Shown one piece after another: positions 25,786-35,554 of a DNA stretch of 64,000 nt. The stretch's first letter is position 1; each line of letters starts with the position of its first letter. The stretch comes from Patescibacteria group bacterium (GTDB taxonomy: Bacteria > Patescibacteriota > Minisyncoccia > Minisyncoccales > UBA10102): contig JANBVJ010000001.1 in NCBI GenBank assembly GCA_024239055.1, forward strand, positions 496,572 through 560,571, in the 5' to 3' direction. A model generated the notes under the pieces. It saw only the letters and a list, made by a program, of their open reading frames with translations. It did not search any database and was not told the origin of the DNA. Position numbers and translations under genes: made by a program.

Positions 25786-26887
25786 TGGGTTCTGAACCCA
25801 ACTTTAAACTCATTCTGTGCTCTTCTGGGTTAATCTCCAGGATAGTAAAGTCATAGGTTTCTCCCTCTTTGAGTTTTTCTGCCATTGCCGATTCCGTCCC
25901 AAACTCTGATATATGAGTTAATCCCTGTATTAGGGGTTCAATTTCCACAAAAGCACCAAAGTGGTTGAACTTTTTTACCTTGCCCTTAACTACGTCCCCC
26001 CTTTTATACTTTCCTTCAACTCCCTTCCACGGGTCTTCCTTTAGAGCCTTAATAGATAGGGATACCTTGTCGTTTGTAATATCAATAATCTTGGCTTTTA
26101 CTTTTTCTCCAACTTTTAATACTTGGCCGGGGTCTTCAATAATCTGCCAGTCAATCTCTGAGATGTGAATTAATCCCTCAACCTGTTCCTCTTCTTTTCC
26201 AAAGCGAATAAATGCTCCAAAGTTTACAATTCCTGTAATCTCACCCTCTACTTCTTGGTCTACCTTGTATTGGGTTAGAGCTTCCTTTATCTTATCTTTG
26301 TCTCGTGCACGTTCAGATAGAATAAGCTTGTCTTCCTTTGGATTCATATCTATAGCTTGAACTTCAAGATCTTTGCCAATAAAGTCTTCTAGCTGTTCTA
26401 AGACCTTATTCATGTCTCCATTCTCGACTCTTGGATAGTGCTCTTGGGAAAGTTGGGATACCGGCAGGAATGCCTGGATTCCAAATGCTTCAGCCAAGAG
26501 CCCTCCTTTATTAGCCCCTGTAATTTTGACTGTTATATTCTCTTCTTTTTCCATGCTTTCTTTAACCTTTTTCCATGCCATCTCACGTCCAGCTTCACGG
26601 AGTGAGAGCTCAACATATCCTTCCTCATTATCTAAATCTTTTATTTTTGCGGTAATGGTAGCTCCAACAGTCGCGTCTTTTAAAGCTGACTTTTCATCCA
26701 AAAACTCCCGTCCGTATATAACACCGGTTCCCTGTGGTCCCAAGTCAAGATAGGCAGCTGATCTTCCTATTCCAATAATTTTACCCTCAACAACATCTCC
26801 CACACGAAGTGGTTTTATTGCAGTTGTTTTAGATTCTATGGTTTGTTCCATGCTGTCAAGTGTACACAATATATACATATTTTTCAA
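25721..26887 (-). CDS. rpsA: Ribosomal protein S1 (four S1 domains)
   Basis: Repeated S1 OB-fold motifs (GDVVEGKIIGIG, VEGEITGIVNFGAFIRF, GDVVKGKVKKFNHFGAFVEI). The start is ambiguous: TTG 26887, ATG 26878 or ATG 26851. Confidence 0.85.
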   Translation of the reverse strand: MKNMYILCTLDSMEQTIESKTTAIKPLRVGDVVEGKIIGIGRSAAYLDLGPQGTGVIYGREFLDEKSALKDATVGATITAKIKDLDNEEGYVELSLREAGREMAWKKVKESMEKEENITVKITGANKGGLLAEAFGIQAFLPVSQLSQEHYPRVENGDMNKVLEQLEDFIGKDLEVQAIDMNPKEDKLILSERARDKDKIKEALTQYKVDQEVEGEITGIVNFGAFIRFGKEEEQVEGLIHISEIDWQIIEDPGQVLKVGEKVKAKIIDITNDKVSLSIKALKEDPWKGVEGKYKRGDVVKGKVKKFNHFGAFVEIEPLIQGLTHISEFGTESAMAEKLKEGETYDFTILEINPEEHRMSLKLGSEPITTESADDVVETAPSEQNPER

Positions 26888-26942
26888 GGGTTTGAGGCTT
26901 GTAGGGGGTGAATTTCTATGCTAAAATGGATATATTAGTCAT

Positions 26943-27572
26943 ATGCAAATACAGTGGAAGGGACAATTTTGTTTTTTTATTACAGCAATCCTTGGAAAGC
27001 AGGAACAGGGTAAATTACTCATTGATCCATATTCTGATTCCACGGGTATGAAGTTTTCGCCTATAGAAACGGACGTTGTTTTAATGTCTTCAAATACCCC
27101 AGAACACAGCAATCTGAAGGCTACAAAGGGTGAACCTCCTTTTGTCATTTCTTTTCCGGGAGAGTATGAGGTGAAGGGAATGTTTGTACAGGGTATACCA
27201 AACGGAAATGGAGGAACTATATATACTATTGAAGCGGAAGGTATTAAACTCTGCCATTTAGGAGGATTAGGTGGGGCAGGACTAAAGGTAGAGCAGATTG
27301 AGATGATTGGAGATATAGATATTCTATTTGTGCCTGTTGGCGGTGGGGATTCCTTGGATGCGAAAGCCGCTTCTCATGTTGTTTCACAAATTGAGCCCAA
27401 GATGGTAATACCAATGGCATACAAACAGCCCAAGTTAAAGAAAAAGCTTGATTCAGTGGAGGCGTTTGTGAAGATTATGGGATTAAAAAATGGAGAAGTC
27501 CTGCCAAAACTATCAGTTAAGGTAAGAGATTTATCTGGCGAGGAAACCAAGATTACGATTTTAAGTTCATAG
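26943..27572 (+). CDS. Metallo-beta-lactamase-fold hydrolase (UPF0173-like)
   Basis: 209 aa with N-terminal MQIQWKGQFCFFI...LLIDPY and the overall pattern of UPF0173 metal-dependent hydrolases. Confidence 0.6.
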   Translation: MQIQWKGQFCFFITAILGKQEQGKLLIDPYSDSTGMKFSPIETDVVLMSSNTPEHSNLKATKGEPPFVISFPGEYEVKGMFVQGIPNGNGGTIYTIEAEGIKLCHLGGLGGAGLKVEQIEMIGDIDILFVPVGGGDSLDAKAASHVVSQIEPKMVIPMAYKQPKLKKKLDSVEAFVKIMGLKNGEVLPKLSVKVRDLSGEETKITILSS

Positions 27573-27573
27573 T

Positions 27574-27705
27574 ATGCTGCGGCGCGTTCGACAGTATCCA
27601 GAGAAAACAAGGAAGATAATTCTTTGGGTAAGTGTTGGGGTACTTGCCCTTATTCTTCTTGTTTGGCTGATAAGTGGAATCGGAGAAAGATTTTCAAATA
27701 TTTAA
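27574..27705 (+). CDS. Possible 43-aa single-TM peptide
   Basis: Unlisted short ORF MLRRVRQYPEKTRKIILWVSVGVLALILLVWLISGIGERFSNI, filling the gap before gyrA. There is no homology evidence. Confidence 0.25.
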   Translation: MLRRVRQYPEKTRKIILWVSVGVLALILLVWLISGIGERFSNI

Positions 27706-27711
27706 ATAAAA

Positions 27712-30180
27712 ATGGCACAAGAAACTAAAGAAATTGGATATATAAAGGGGAGGAAGATTACCCAGGAAATGGAGGAGTCTTATATTGATTATGCCATGTC
27801 CGTTATCGTGGCTCGTGCACTTCCCGATGTTCGAGATGGATTAAAACCCGTACATAGGCGTATTCTGTATGTCATGCATGAAGAGGGATTGGGTCACGCA
27901 GCTAAGTTTAGAAAGTCAGCTACGGTTGTTGGTTCCACCCTTGGACGTTATCATCCTCATGGAGATATGGCGGTGTACGATGCTATGGCGCGTTTAGCCC
28001 AGGATTTTTCACTTCGCTATCCCTTGATTGATGGTCAGGGGAACTTTGGTTCTTTAGATAACGATCCTCCTGCAGCCCAGAGATATACGGAAGCTAGGAT
28101 GTCGCACATCGGTGACATCATGCTTCAGGATATTGGAAGGGATACAGTTGACTTTATTGATAACTATGACGGTTCAAGGAAAGAACCTGTGGTGCTTCCA
28201 TCTCCTCTTCCACAGCTTCTTTTAAATGGAACATTAGGTATTGCCGTTGGCATGGCAACCAATATTCCTTCGCACAATCTCACAGAAGTGGTAGATGCGC
28301 TTTTATATATTATAGATAACCCAAAGGCAACGACCGAGGATCTGTTTGCATTTGTGAAGGGTCCTGACTTTCCTACAGGAGGCATCATCTTTAATAAAAA
28401 AGAAATCTTAGCCGCCTACTCACAAGGCAGAGGACCTATTGTGATGCGGGGAAAGGTTGAGATTACAGAAGAAGGCAAATCAAAGCATCCTCAGATTATC
28501 ATTACCGAGATTCCATATCAGGTGATGAAGTCAACGTTAGTTGAGCAGTTTGCAAAGCTCGTGGGAGACAAGAAGATTGACGGTATAAAGGATATTAGAG
28601 ATGAGTCTGATAAAGACGGACTTCGTATTGTATTTGATCTTCAACGGGAGGCTCATCCAAAAAAGATACTAAACCGATTATATAAGTTCTCAGATTTGCA
28701 AAAGACCTTTCATTTAAATATGTTGGCTTTGGTGGATGGCATTCAACCTGAAACCCTGTCTTTGGCGCAGGTACTTTCTTATTTTGTGAAGCATCGTATT
28801 GAGGTGGTGGAGCGCAGGACCAAGTATGATTTAAAGCGTGCCAAGGAACGAGAACATATATTGGAAGGTCTGCACAAGTGTTTGTCCAAGATTGACGAGG
28901 TTATAAAGATAATCAAGAACTCAGAATCTCGCGAGGACGCGCAGAAAAAGTTAATGAAGCGCTTTAAGTTGACGGAGATTCAAACAAACGCGATTTTGGA
29001 AACCAGATTAGCCGCCTTAGCTCGCCTTGCAAGAAAGCAGATTGAGGATGAGTTAAAGGAGATGAAGGCAAGAATTAAGGAATATACCACAATCTTAAAT
29101 TCACCCGCCAAGATTAAGAGCGTGGTTAAAAAGGAACTTCAGGTTATGAAAGAGACATATGGGGATGATAGGAGAACAAAGGTGCAGGCTCAGGGAGTTG
29201 GTGAGATTGCAGAAGAAGATCTTATTCCGCAAGAAGAAACCATTATTACCTTAACTCAGGGAGGGTACATAAAACGTATTAATCCTGCAACCTATAAGAT
29301 TCAGAAAAGAGGGGGTAAGGGAATTATTGGATTAAAGACCGTTTCCGATGATATTGTAGAGCACTTCCTGTATACTGAGACCCATGATGCCTTGATGGTC
29401 TTTACGGATTCTGGAAAGGTTTTTCAGACGCCGGTGTACGAAGTTCCAGAAGGCACGAGAGTATCTAAGGGGAGAGGATTAATGAACTTTCTTGAGATTG
29501 GAGCGCAAGACCATGTAATGTCCCTGTTTGCATTAGGAAAAAAGGATGCAGAGCAAGGTATTCAGTACATTATTATGGTGACAAAGCAGGGTATCATAAA
29601 GAAGGTAAAATTAGAGGACTTTAAAAATGTGAGAAAGTCTGGCCTTATTGCTATCTCTTTGAAAAAGGGAGATGAACTGCGCGCTGTGAGAAAGACCACT
29701 GGCAAAGACGAGATTATTCTTACTACAAAGCAGGGTCAGTCCATACGATTTAAGGAAGAAGGTGTGAGGTCTATGGGAAGAACGGCAGCTGGAATCAGGG
29801 GTATACGTTTAAAGCAGGGAGATGAGGTTATTGGCTTTGATGTTATTTCAGCTGCCTCTTTAAAGGAAAAGACCTCTCCATATCTTCTTGTACTTACAGA
29901 GAACGGATATGGAAAGCGTACAGATATAAAAGAGTACAGAATACAGACCAGAGGAGGTTCTGGTATCAAGACCGCAAACATTACTCAAAAAACCGGAGCT
30001 TTAGCGTATGCCAAGATTCTTACAGGGGGAGAGGAAGATCTTATTGTTATTTCTCGTAAAGCCCAGATTATTAGAACTGCTGTAGATTCTATTCCAAAGA
30101 TATCCCGCTCAACACAAGGAGTTAGGATTATGCGTCTGGATGAGGGAGATAAGGTAGCTTCTGCCGCTTGTACCGCTTAA
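27712..30180 (+). CDS. gyrA: DNA gyrase subunit A
   Basis: [24 protein letters not shown], the active-site region [10 protein letters not shown], and a C-terminal beta-pinwheel repeat region. Confidence 0.95.
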   Translation: MAQETKEIGYIKGRKITQEMEESYIDYAMSVIVARALPDVRDGLKPVHRRILYVMHEEGLGHAAKFRKSATVVGSTLGRYHPHGDMAVYDAMARLAQDFSLRYPLIDGQGNFGSLDNDPPAAQRYTEARMSHIGDIMLQDIGRDTVDFIDNYDGSRKEPVVLPSPLPQLLLNGTLGIAVGMATNIPSHNLTEVVDALLYIIDNPKATTEDLFAFVKGPDFPTGGIIFNKKEILAAYSQGRGPIVMRGKVEITEEGKSKHPQIIITEIPYQVMKSTLVEQFAKLVGDKKIDGIKDIRDESDKDGLRIVFDLQREAHPKKILNRLYKFSDLQKTFHLNMLALVDGIQPETLSLAQVLSYFVKHRIEVVERRTKYDLKRAKEREHILEGLHKCLSKIDEVIKIIKNSESREDAQKKLMKRFKLTEIQTNAILETRLAALARLARKQIEDELKEMKARIKEYTTILNSPAKIKSVVKKELQVMKETYGDDRRTKVQAQGVGEIAEEDLIPQEETIITLTQGGYIKRINPATYKIQKRGGKGIIGLKTVSDDIVEHFLYTETHDALMVFTDSGKVFQTPVYEVPEGTRVSKGRGLMNFLEIGAQDHVMSLFALGKKDAEQGIQYIIMVTKQGIIKKVKLEDFKNVRKSGLIAISLKKGDELRAVRKTTGKDEIILTTKQGQSIRFKEEGVRSMGRTAAGIRGIRLKQGDEVIGFDVISAASLKEKTSPYLLVLTENGYGKRTDIKEYRIQTRGGSGIKTANITQKTGALAYAKILTGGEEDLIVISRKAQIIRTAVDSIPKISRSTQGVRIMRLDEGDKVASAACTA

Positions 30181-30233
30181 GTGGGGATAGAAGGTATTGC
30201 TCATATGATACTGCTGTACTATTCTATAATAAG

Positions 30234-33200
30234 ATGAATATTGGGATTCAAAAGTATACTGTAGTTTTATTACTATTAATCGTAGTTGTACTTAGCTTCT
30301 TTTTGTATGGAGAGAATTCCTCTGTGCAAGCTATTACAGTTCCGACCCCAATACTTCTGTCTCCGGCTAATCAATCAAATCCTGTTATTTTAGATAATGG
30401 TGCAATTCTACTTGATTGGAATACAGTCAACGTAAGTGGATTAGGTGCAGCTGAGAAATATGAGGTTGAGGTTATAAAAGAACCTACTATTGAATCATAT
30501 AATGATGGCGGCGTAACGTTATATAGAAAGAAAGGTTCAGCTCAACAATTTGACTTTACTGTTACTTCTTCGGTATCTCAGCTAGTGCTTTCCTCTTCTA
30601 ACTTAGGAAAGAATATTTCTCATGGTGATATATATAGATGGCGCGTTCGAGCATGTTCATTAAACTGTATTTTTAATGAAAGAGGTCCTTGGTCAGAACA
30701 ACGAACATTTATTACAAAGTTTAAAGACCCTGTATTAACAGAGCCACTTGATGGGAGACTTGTACTCTTTTCTCCTAAAAACCCACTAACATTTACATGG
30801 GGAGAGGTTGCTTCAGCTGAGCAGTACGAATTAAATCTTGTTGATACTGCTACTGGAGTAAATGCAATAACTCCTAGGTCTACATCTCAGAAAGAGATTG
30901 GGCTTGATTTCTCAACCTTTGCATATCTTATTCAAAAAACTTTTAATTGGACTATTGAACCTTTTGTTTTAGGTGAACGTGAAGAGTTTTTTGTAGCACT
31001 TCAGAATTTATTTCCAGGAGATAATATTCCATCAAAATCTATAAGCGCTCCAGAGAACTTCATTGTCCGTCTTATGCCTCCTAATGCTCCTATTTTTCCT
31101 GCGCATGAAGCGGAAATATCACAAACGTCATCCATAGAACTTAAATGGGATCCAATTTTAAAAGATTCATTAAATACTACATACCAAGTTAAAAAATCAG
31201 ATGGCAACGAAGTAAGCGAAGTATTTGTTCCATCAAATATAAATATACTTTCTGTATCTTCAGGAGAGTTATGTGAGTTAAGTACTTGGGAGGTACGTTC
31301 TTGCAATGAAAATGGAACGAACTGCGGACCATATCCATCACATTTAAGTGTTCAAGATGCATATCCATTAGATATAGTTGAATTAGGACCTTGGGAGTTT
31401 ACTGTTGTACCAGAGTTTTCTGGTTCTGATCTTAAGGTAGTTCCTTACTTTGATGAAGAAGGAAATCAGGGAGAAAGAGGAGATGTAAAAATTACAGCTA
31501 TAATTGAAACAAGTAATAGTACAGTTGTAATTAATTTTGGAGATGGTACTTCTGAACAAGTTACTCTTTCTGAAAATAAGTTTGAAGTCAGGCATACTTA
31601 TAGTCGTTCTAAATCATATCTTATTTCTATCTTTGTAGAAGGAGGTTGTAACGCTCCATATGAAGAAAATATAAATATAGATATTGATCCCCCTCGTGTT
31701 CGTAGTTTTAATGTAAGTCCAGAATCTCCTGATTGGGTGAATGCAGATAATCCTAATGTTGAGATTTCCTGGAATGTAACAGATAGCGGTGGATCATATC
31801 TTGATAAGGTTGAGGTATGGAGGACAATAAATATTACTAGTGGCCCAGATCCAGGTAATTGGAATGAAATAGGAGATGATATTACAGCTGGCTTAGAAAG
31901 TAATTCTTGGAATTGTTCAGGAAGTTGTCCAACAGACTTACCCGCTGATGGTACCTATTGGTATGGTATTCATGTCTTTGATGTTTTTGGAAATATGGTT
32001 ACTGAGGGTACAAAGGGACCTATTAAAGTACAGGTTGATAAAACTCCTCCCCCAGCTCCTTCAATAGATCTCCATCCGGATAGCGATTCTGGTTTTTCTA
32101 ATGAAGATAATATTACTAATAACACCACATTAACAATTATAGGAACAAAAGAAGAGGGAGGTAGTATTAAGATATATCGTAAATATTTGGCTGAGAAAAA
32201 ATTAGTAGAACAGAAGAGATTTATTGCTGATGAGTGGGGTATTACTTTATTAGTAGATGGGCTAGATGGTGAGTATGTTTATACTGCAAAAGTAGTTGAT
32301 GATGCTGGTAACGAAAGTGATTTTCAAGAGGAATTAATTGTAATAATTGATACAAAAGCTTCTCAGTGTGAGATTATTCCTAGCTTTGTTTCAAAGAGGA
32401 TTTCTTTTCTTCAAAAATTTAAGGCAATAAATGTTAATAATGATATAGTTACATACCTCTGGAATGGAAAAAGTATTGATAATAATTCATCAGAGTTTGA
32501 TAAATATTATGACCAAGTAATTAATGAGGAAATTAAATTAGAAGTATTTGATGCTGCAGGAAATTCAGAATCATGTACTGCAGAAGTAAGGGCTCTTCCA
32601 TCTTCTACTGAACCTGGAACGCCAGTTGGTGATTTTCCAGTCATTACAGGGATTGAACCAGGATCGATCGCAGTTAAAACAGGTGAGCGTATTGTATTTC
32701 AAGCTTCTTGGGAGTTTGCGGAAGAAGTGAGTTTAAAAGTATGTGATAGTGATGATTGTAGTGGTAAGATTTTTTGTAGAACCGGATTTTCAAAGAGAAC
32801 ACCTCCTGTACAATGTGAATATAAAGTTAGTGAAAATGATAGTGGCTATAACAGATATTATATATTTGTTTGTGGGGATAGTCGTTGCTCTATTCCATGG
32901 TCTAGTGGATTTGAAGTTCGGGATGCACCTTCTGTTCCATATGATCCTTCCCCTGGCGTTCCACCAGATGATGGTACACAGCCAGGCGATGTTGTATCTG
33001 CTACCCCAGGTGCCTGCAGTGAATACTGCAGCCTATTAGGTACCGATGATGCAATACTTCCTCCAGATGGTACTACCTGTATTTGTAATCCTTTAAGCAG
33101 TATAAAGTTCTCAGATATTTTTAATAGAATTGTTAACTTTCTTTTGAATGCTGCATTAGTGGTGGCTCCAATTGCACTTGTTGCATCAGGGTTTATGTTT

Positions 33201-33332
33201 ATCACAGCTGGAGGTAATCCAGAGCAGATTATACGGGCTCGGAGTATTATTATCTGGACAATAGTTGGAGTCGTTGTTATTCTGCTATCAAAGGGCTTAA
33301 TGAATGTACTTGGCGGAATTATAGGAATATAG
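30234..33332 (+). CDS. Giant secreted surface protein (FN3/Ig-like repeats) with a C-terminal VirB2/TrbC-like two-helix membrane module
   Basis: The ATG at 30234 gives an N-terminal signal/TM (MNIGIQKYTVVLLLLIVVVLSFF); the listed start at 30168 overlaps gyrA. It has repeated beta-domain modules and a D-AGNES motif. The last 75 aa or so align with the two downstream small proteins. Confidence 0.7.
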   Translation: MNIGIQKYTVVLLLLIVVVLSFFLYGENSSVQAITVPTPILLSPANQSNPVILDNGAILLDWNTVNVSGLGAAEKYEVEVIKEPTIESYNDGGVTLYRKKGSAQQFDFTVTSSVSQLVLSSSNLGKNISHGDIYRWRVRACSLNCIFNERGPWSEQRTFITKFKDPVLTEPLDGRLVLFSPKNPLTFTWGEVASAEQYELNLVDTATGVNAITPRSTSQKEIGLDFSTFAYLIQKTFNWTIEPFVLGEREEFFVALQNLFPGDNIPSKSISAPENFIVRLMPPNAPIFPAHEAEISQTSSIELKWDPILKDSLNTTYQVKKSDGNEVSEVFVPSNINILSVSSGELCELSTWEVRSCNENGTNCGPYPSHLSVQDAYPLDIVELGPWEFTVVPEFSGSDLKVVPYFDEEGNQGERGDVKITAIIETSNSTVVINFGDGTSEQVTLSENKFEVRHTYSRSKSYLISIFVEGGCNAPYEENINIDIDPPRVRSFNVSPESPDWVNADNPNVEISWNVTDSGGSYLDKVEVWRTINITSGPDPGNWNEIGDDITAGLESNSWNCSGSCPTDLPADGTYWYGIHVFDVFGNMVTEGTKGPIKVQVDKTPPPAPSIDLHPDSDSGFSNEDNITNNTTLTIIGTKEEGGSIKIYRKYLAEKKLVEQKRFIADEWGITLLVDGLDGEYVYTAKVVDDAGNESDFQEELIVIIDTKASQCEIIPSFVSKRISFLQKFKAINVNNDIVTYLWNGKSIDNNSSEFDKYYDQVINEEIKLEVFDAAGNSESCTAEVRALPSSTEPGTPVGDFPVITGIEPGSIAVKTGERIVFQASWEFAEEVSLKVCDSDDCSGKIFCRTGFSKRTPPVQCEYKVSENDSGYNRYYIFVCGDSRCSIPWSSGFEVRDAPSVPYDPSPGVPPDDGTQPGDVVSATPGACSEYCSLLGTDDAILPPDGTTCICNPLSSIKFSDIFNRIVNFLLNAALVVAPIALVASGFMFITAGGNPEQIIRARSIIIWTIVGVVVILLSKGLMNVLGGIIGI

Positions 33333-33353
33333 TATATTTAGATAAGTGAATTT

Positions 33354-33695
33354 ATGATAAAGAATATTCTTTTTGGACTTATTATAGCAGGGGTTATCTT
33401 TAGCTTTAGCATTCCTATGGTTGTTTTAGCTCAGGAAGATTATGAAGTTCCTGACCTAAATAAGAATCAGATTTTTGAGATGATAGAAAAGATTGCCGAT
33501 TGGATGTTTACTATCCTTCTTATTACTTCTGTATTTGTAATTCTTATCTCCGCATTTCAGTTTGTTACTGGAGGAGACAATCCGGAGAATCTGACAAAAG
33601 CGCGTCAAAAACTTATTTGGGCTGTAGTTGGAATTGGATTAGCTGTAGCAGCAAAGGGTATCCCTACTGTTATTATTAGTGTTTTAAATCCATAA
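33354..33695 (+). CDS. Small VirB2/TrbC-like (T4SS-pilin-fold) membrane protein, paralog 1
   Basis: 113 aa with a signal peptide and two hydrophobic helices flanking FQFVTGGDNPENLTKARQKLIWAVVGIGLAVAAKG. This is the T4SS-pilin-like architecture as I recall it for CPR genomes. Confidence 0.5.
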   Translation: MIKNILFGLIIAGVIFSFSIPMVVLAQEDYEVPDLNKNQIFEMIEKIADWMFTILLITSVFVILISAFQFVTGGDNPENLTKARQKLIWAVVGIGLAVAAKGIPTVIISVLNP

Positions 33696-33797
33696 TAGTG
33701 GATAAGTTATTTGCTTTTGTATTTATTTGTGAGTTAGAATTAAGATAGATAGTTTGTAAAGGTCGTGCATTACAAATAAAACATAATATATAATATA

Positions 33798-34136
33798 ATG
33801 AAAAAATTTGTTCTAATAGTTGTCCTAATTGGATTTGCTCTCTCTATAAGTGGAGGCTTTGTTTTAGCAGATGTTTTTGATACAGGAGGAACACTTCCCG
33901 ATATAGAAAGTGATGCTGAACTCTTGACTAAGGTTTCAACCGCTGCAGATTGGGTCTTTACAGTACTTCTTGTGTTGTCTGTCTTCGCTATTTTAATGGC
34001 AGCATTCCAGTTTGTTACTGGAGGACCAGAAGGAGTATCAGAGGCACGACAGAAACTTATTTGGGCTGTAGTTGGAATTGGATTAGCTTTACTGGCAAAG
34101 GGTATTCCTACCGTTATTGTATCAATTTTAGGATAG
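33798..34136 (+). CDS. Small VirB2/TrbC-like (T4SS-pilin-fold) membrane protein, paralog 2
   Basis: 112 aa with the same architecture. It shares an identical 36-bp stretch with paralog 1 (33608-33643 equals 34053-34088). Confidence 0.5.
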   Translation: MKKFVLIVVLIGFALSISGGFVLADVFDTGGTLPDIESDAELLTKVSTAADWVFTVLLVLSVFAILMAAFQFVTGGPEGVSEARQKLIWAVVGIGLALLAKGIPTVIVSILG

Positions 34137-34213
34137 AGTTATTTCGAATTAACTTTTGTATAAGGGATTGATTTTCCTTTGCATTTTATGTAGAATACGC
34201 GTATAGTTTTTTT

Positions 34214-34296
34214 GCCCCTGTGGCGGAATTGGCTAGACGCGCTAGGTTTAGGACCTAGTACCGCAAGGTGTGCAGGTTCGACTCCTGCCAGGGGCA
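34214..34296 (+). tRNA. tRNA-Leu (anticodon TAG)
   Basis: Acceptor GCCCCTG/CAGGGGC, a long variable arm and anticodon arm CTAGG-TTTAGGA-CCTAG. Confidence 0.9.
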
Positions 34297-34300
34297 CTAT

Positions 34301-34325
34301 AAAAACACCACCCAATGGGTGGTGT
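34301..34325 (-). terminator. Terminator hairpin downstream of the hsp20 gene
   Basis: Perfect 9-bp stem ACACCACCC-AAT-GGGTGGTGT. A T-run follows on the minus strand (complement of AAAAA at 34301-34305). Confidence 0.65.
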
Positions 34326-34331
34326 TGTGCG

Positions 34332-34847
34332 TTAACTTTTTACCTTTATCTTTCTTGTTGTCTTTCTTGCGAGTTTGGGCATTCTTACGGTAAGAACATT
34401 ATTTTGGAATGATGCAGCCATCTTACTTACATCCACTTCTTCAGGGAGAATAATTTGTCTTGAGAAAGATCCCCAGAAGCATTCTTGAAAAAAGTAATCT
34501 TTTTCAGACTCCTCTGTTATTTCTCTTCTCTCTCCTCGAATGGTAATAACGTCATCTTCAATTGAGATATCAATGTCTTCTGGTTTGATCCCAGCTACCG
34601 CGGTCTGAATAACAATATCTTTGTCTGTCTGGTATACGTCTACGGTAAGTTCACCCTCAGCTTTGAGTATATTATTTTCTTCTTTCTCCTCTTTCTTGCT
34701 TGGCTTTAAGGGTTCTTCTTTTACCTCTATTTTTCTTGAGGTCTTCTTTTCTTTCTTCTTTGATTTCTTTTTCTTTACTTCTTTTACCTCTTCCTCTTCA
34801 AAATCTTCAAGACCCATTCCCCCTTTTAATTTATCAAATATAGACAT
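34332..34847 (-). CDS. Small heat-shock protein (Hsp20/alpha-crystallin) with a K/E-rich N-terminal region
   Basis: Alpha-crystallin domain (LTVDVYQTDKDIVIQTAVAGIKPEDIDISIEDDVITIRGER...FSRQIILPEEVD...ASFQNNVLTVRMPK). Confidence 0.85.
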   Translation of the reverse strand: MSIFDKLKGGMGLEDFEEEEVKEVKKKKSKKKEKKTSRKIEVKEEPLKPSKKEEKEENNILKAEGELTVDVYQTDKDIVIQTAVAGIKPEDIDISIEDDVITIRGERREITEESEKDYFFQECFWGSFSRQIILPEEVDVSKMAASFQNNVLTVRMPKLARKTTRKIKVKS

Positions 34848-35554
34848 TATGTAGTTATTTTTGTTGTAATTCTTTTTAAGTATTTAAATGCAACGAAGAG
34901 GAATATTCCAAGTCCTGTAAGTATAAGGACGGGATAGAGTAGTTGCTCCACTCCCTGCCCCTTGATTATATAAATATTAAAGAGTCCGTGCAAGAAGGTA
35001 GCAACTCCCAATCCAATTGGAATGGCAAAAAGGCGTTGCCGGGGATTAAGAATAGAGATTGCAATGAAGTAGCCGAAGGTTCCAGAAACCAGAGCATGGA
35101 GGAGGGTCGCTCCCACAAACCGGAATGCAGAAAGCGCAAGTACATCTCCTCCGGGGGCAGCAAATCCAAGGCCAAATAGAATGAAGATGTTTTCCAAAGC
35201 CGCAAATCCAAGGGCTGAGATAATCATATACAAAGGAACATCTATTGCTTCATCTAGGGCTTTATTGTGTAAGACCACAAAGTGAAAGACTCCGTACTTT
35301 AAGACTTCTTCTACCAGAGCTATTACAATGAATATATAAAGGTAGAAGGTAATGGTTTCTGACAAAGCAAAGGACTTAAGGAACGGAAGGAGACCAAGTT
35401 CAATAAGAACTGCGGGAATGGTGACAAGCATGCCCCAGAAAAACACCTTTATGATCATGCGGTTGGGTTCTGGATGCACATCTGTTCTTAAGTAAAAGGC
35501 AAGCCAGATTAAACTTGGTACAATGCCAAAGATAATGGCTAGAGGTATTATCAT
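34847..35554 (-). CDS. PrsW-family intramembrane protease
   Basis: Polytopic membrane protein with EEVLKYG and HALVSG / HGLFN motifs. Confidence 0.7.
   Translation of the reverse strand: MIIPLAIIFGIVPSLIWLAFYLRTDVHPEPNRMIIKVFFWGMLVTIPAVLIELGLLPFLKSFALSETITFYLYIFIVIALVEEVLKYGVFHFVVLHNKALDEAIDVPLYMIISALGFAALENIFILFGLGFAAPGGDVLALSAFRFVGATLLHALVSGTFGYFIAISILNPRQRLFAIPIGLGVATFLHGLFNIYIIKGQGVEQLLYPVLILTGLGIFLFVAFKYLKRITTKITT

Noticed and set aside
34212-34412. Listed ORFs 34212..34412 (+) and 42511..42720 (+)
   Set aside because: They overlap tRNA-Leu(TAG), and tRNA-Arg(GCG) with tRNA-Ser(GCT), respectively.
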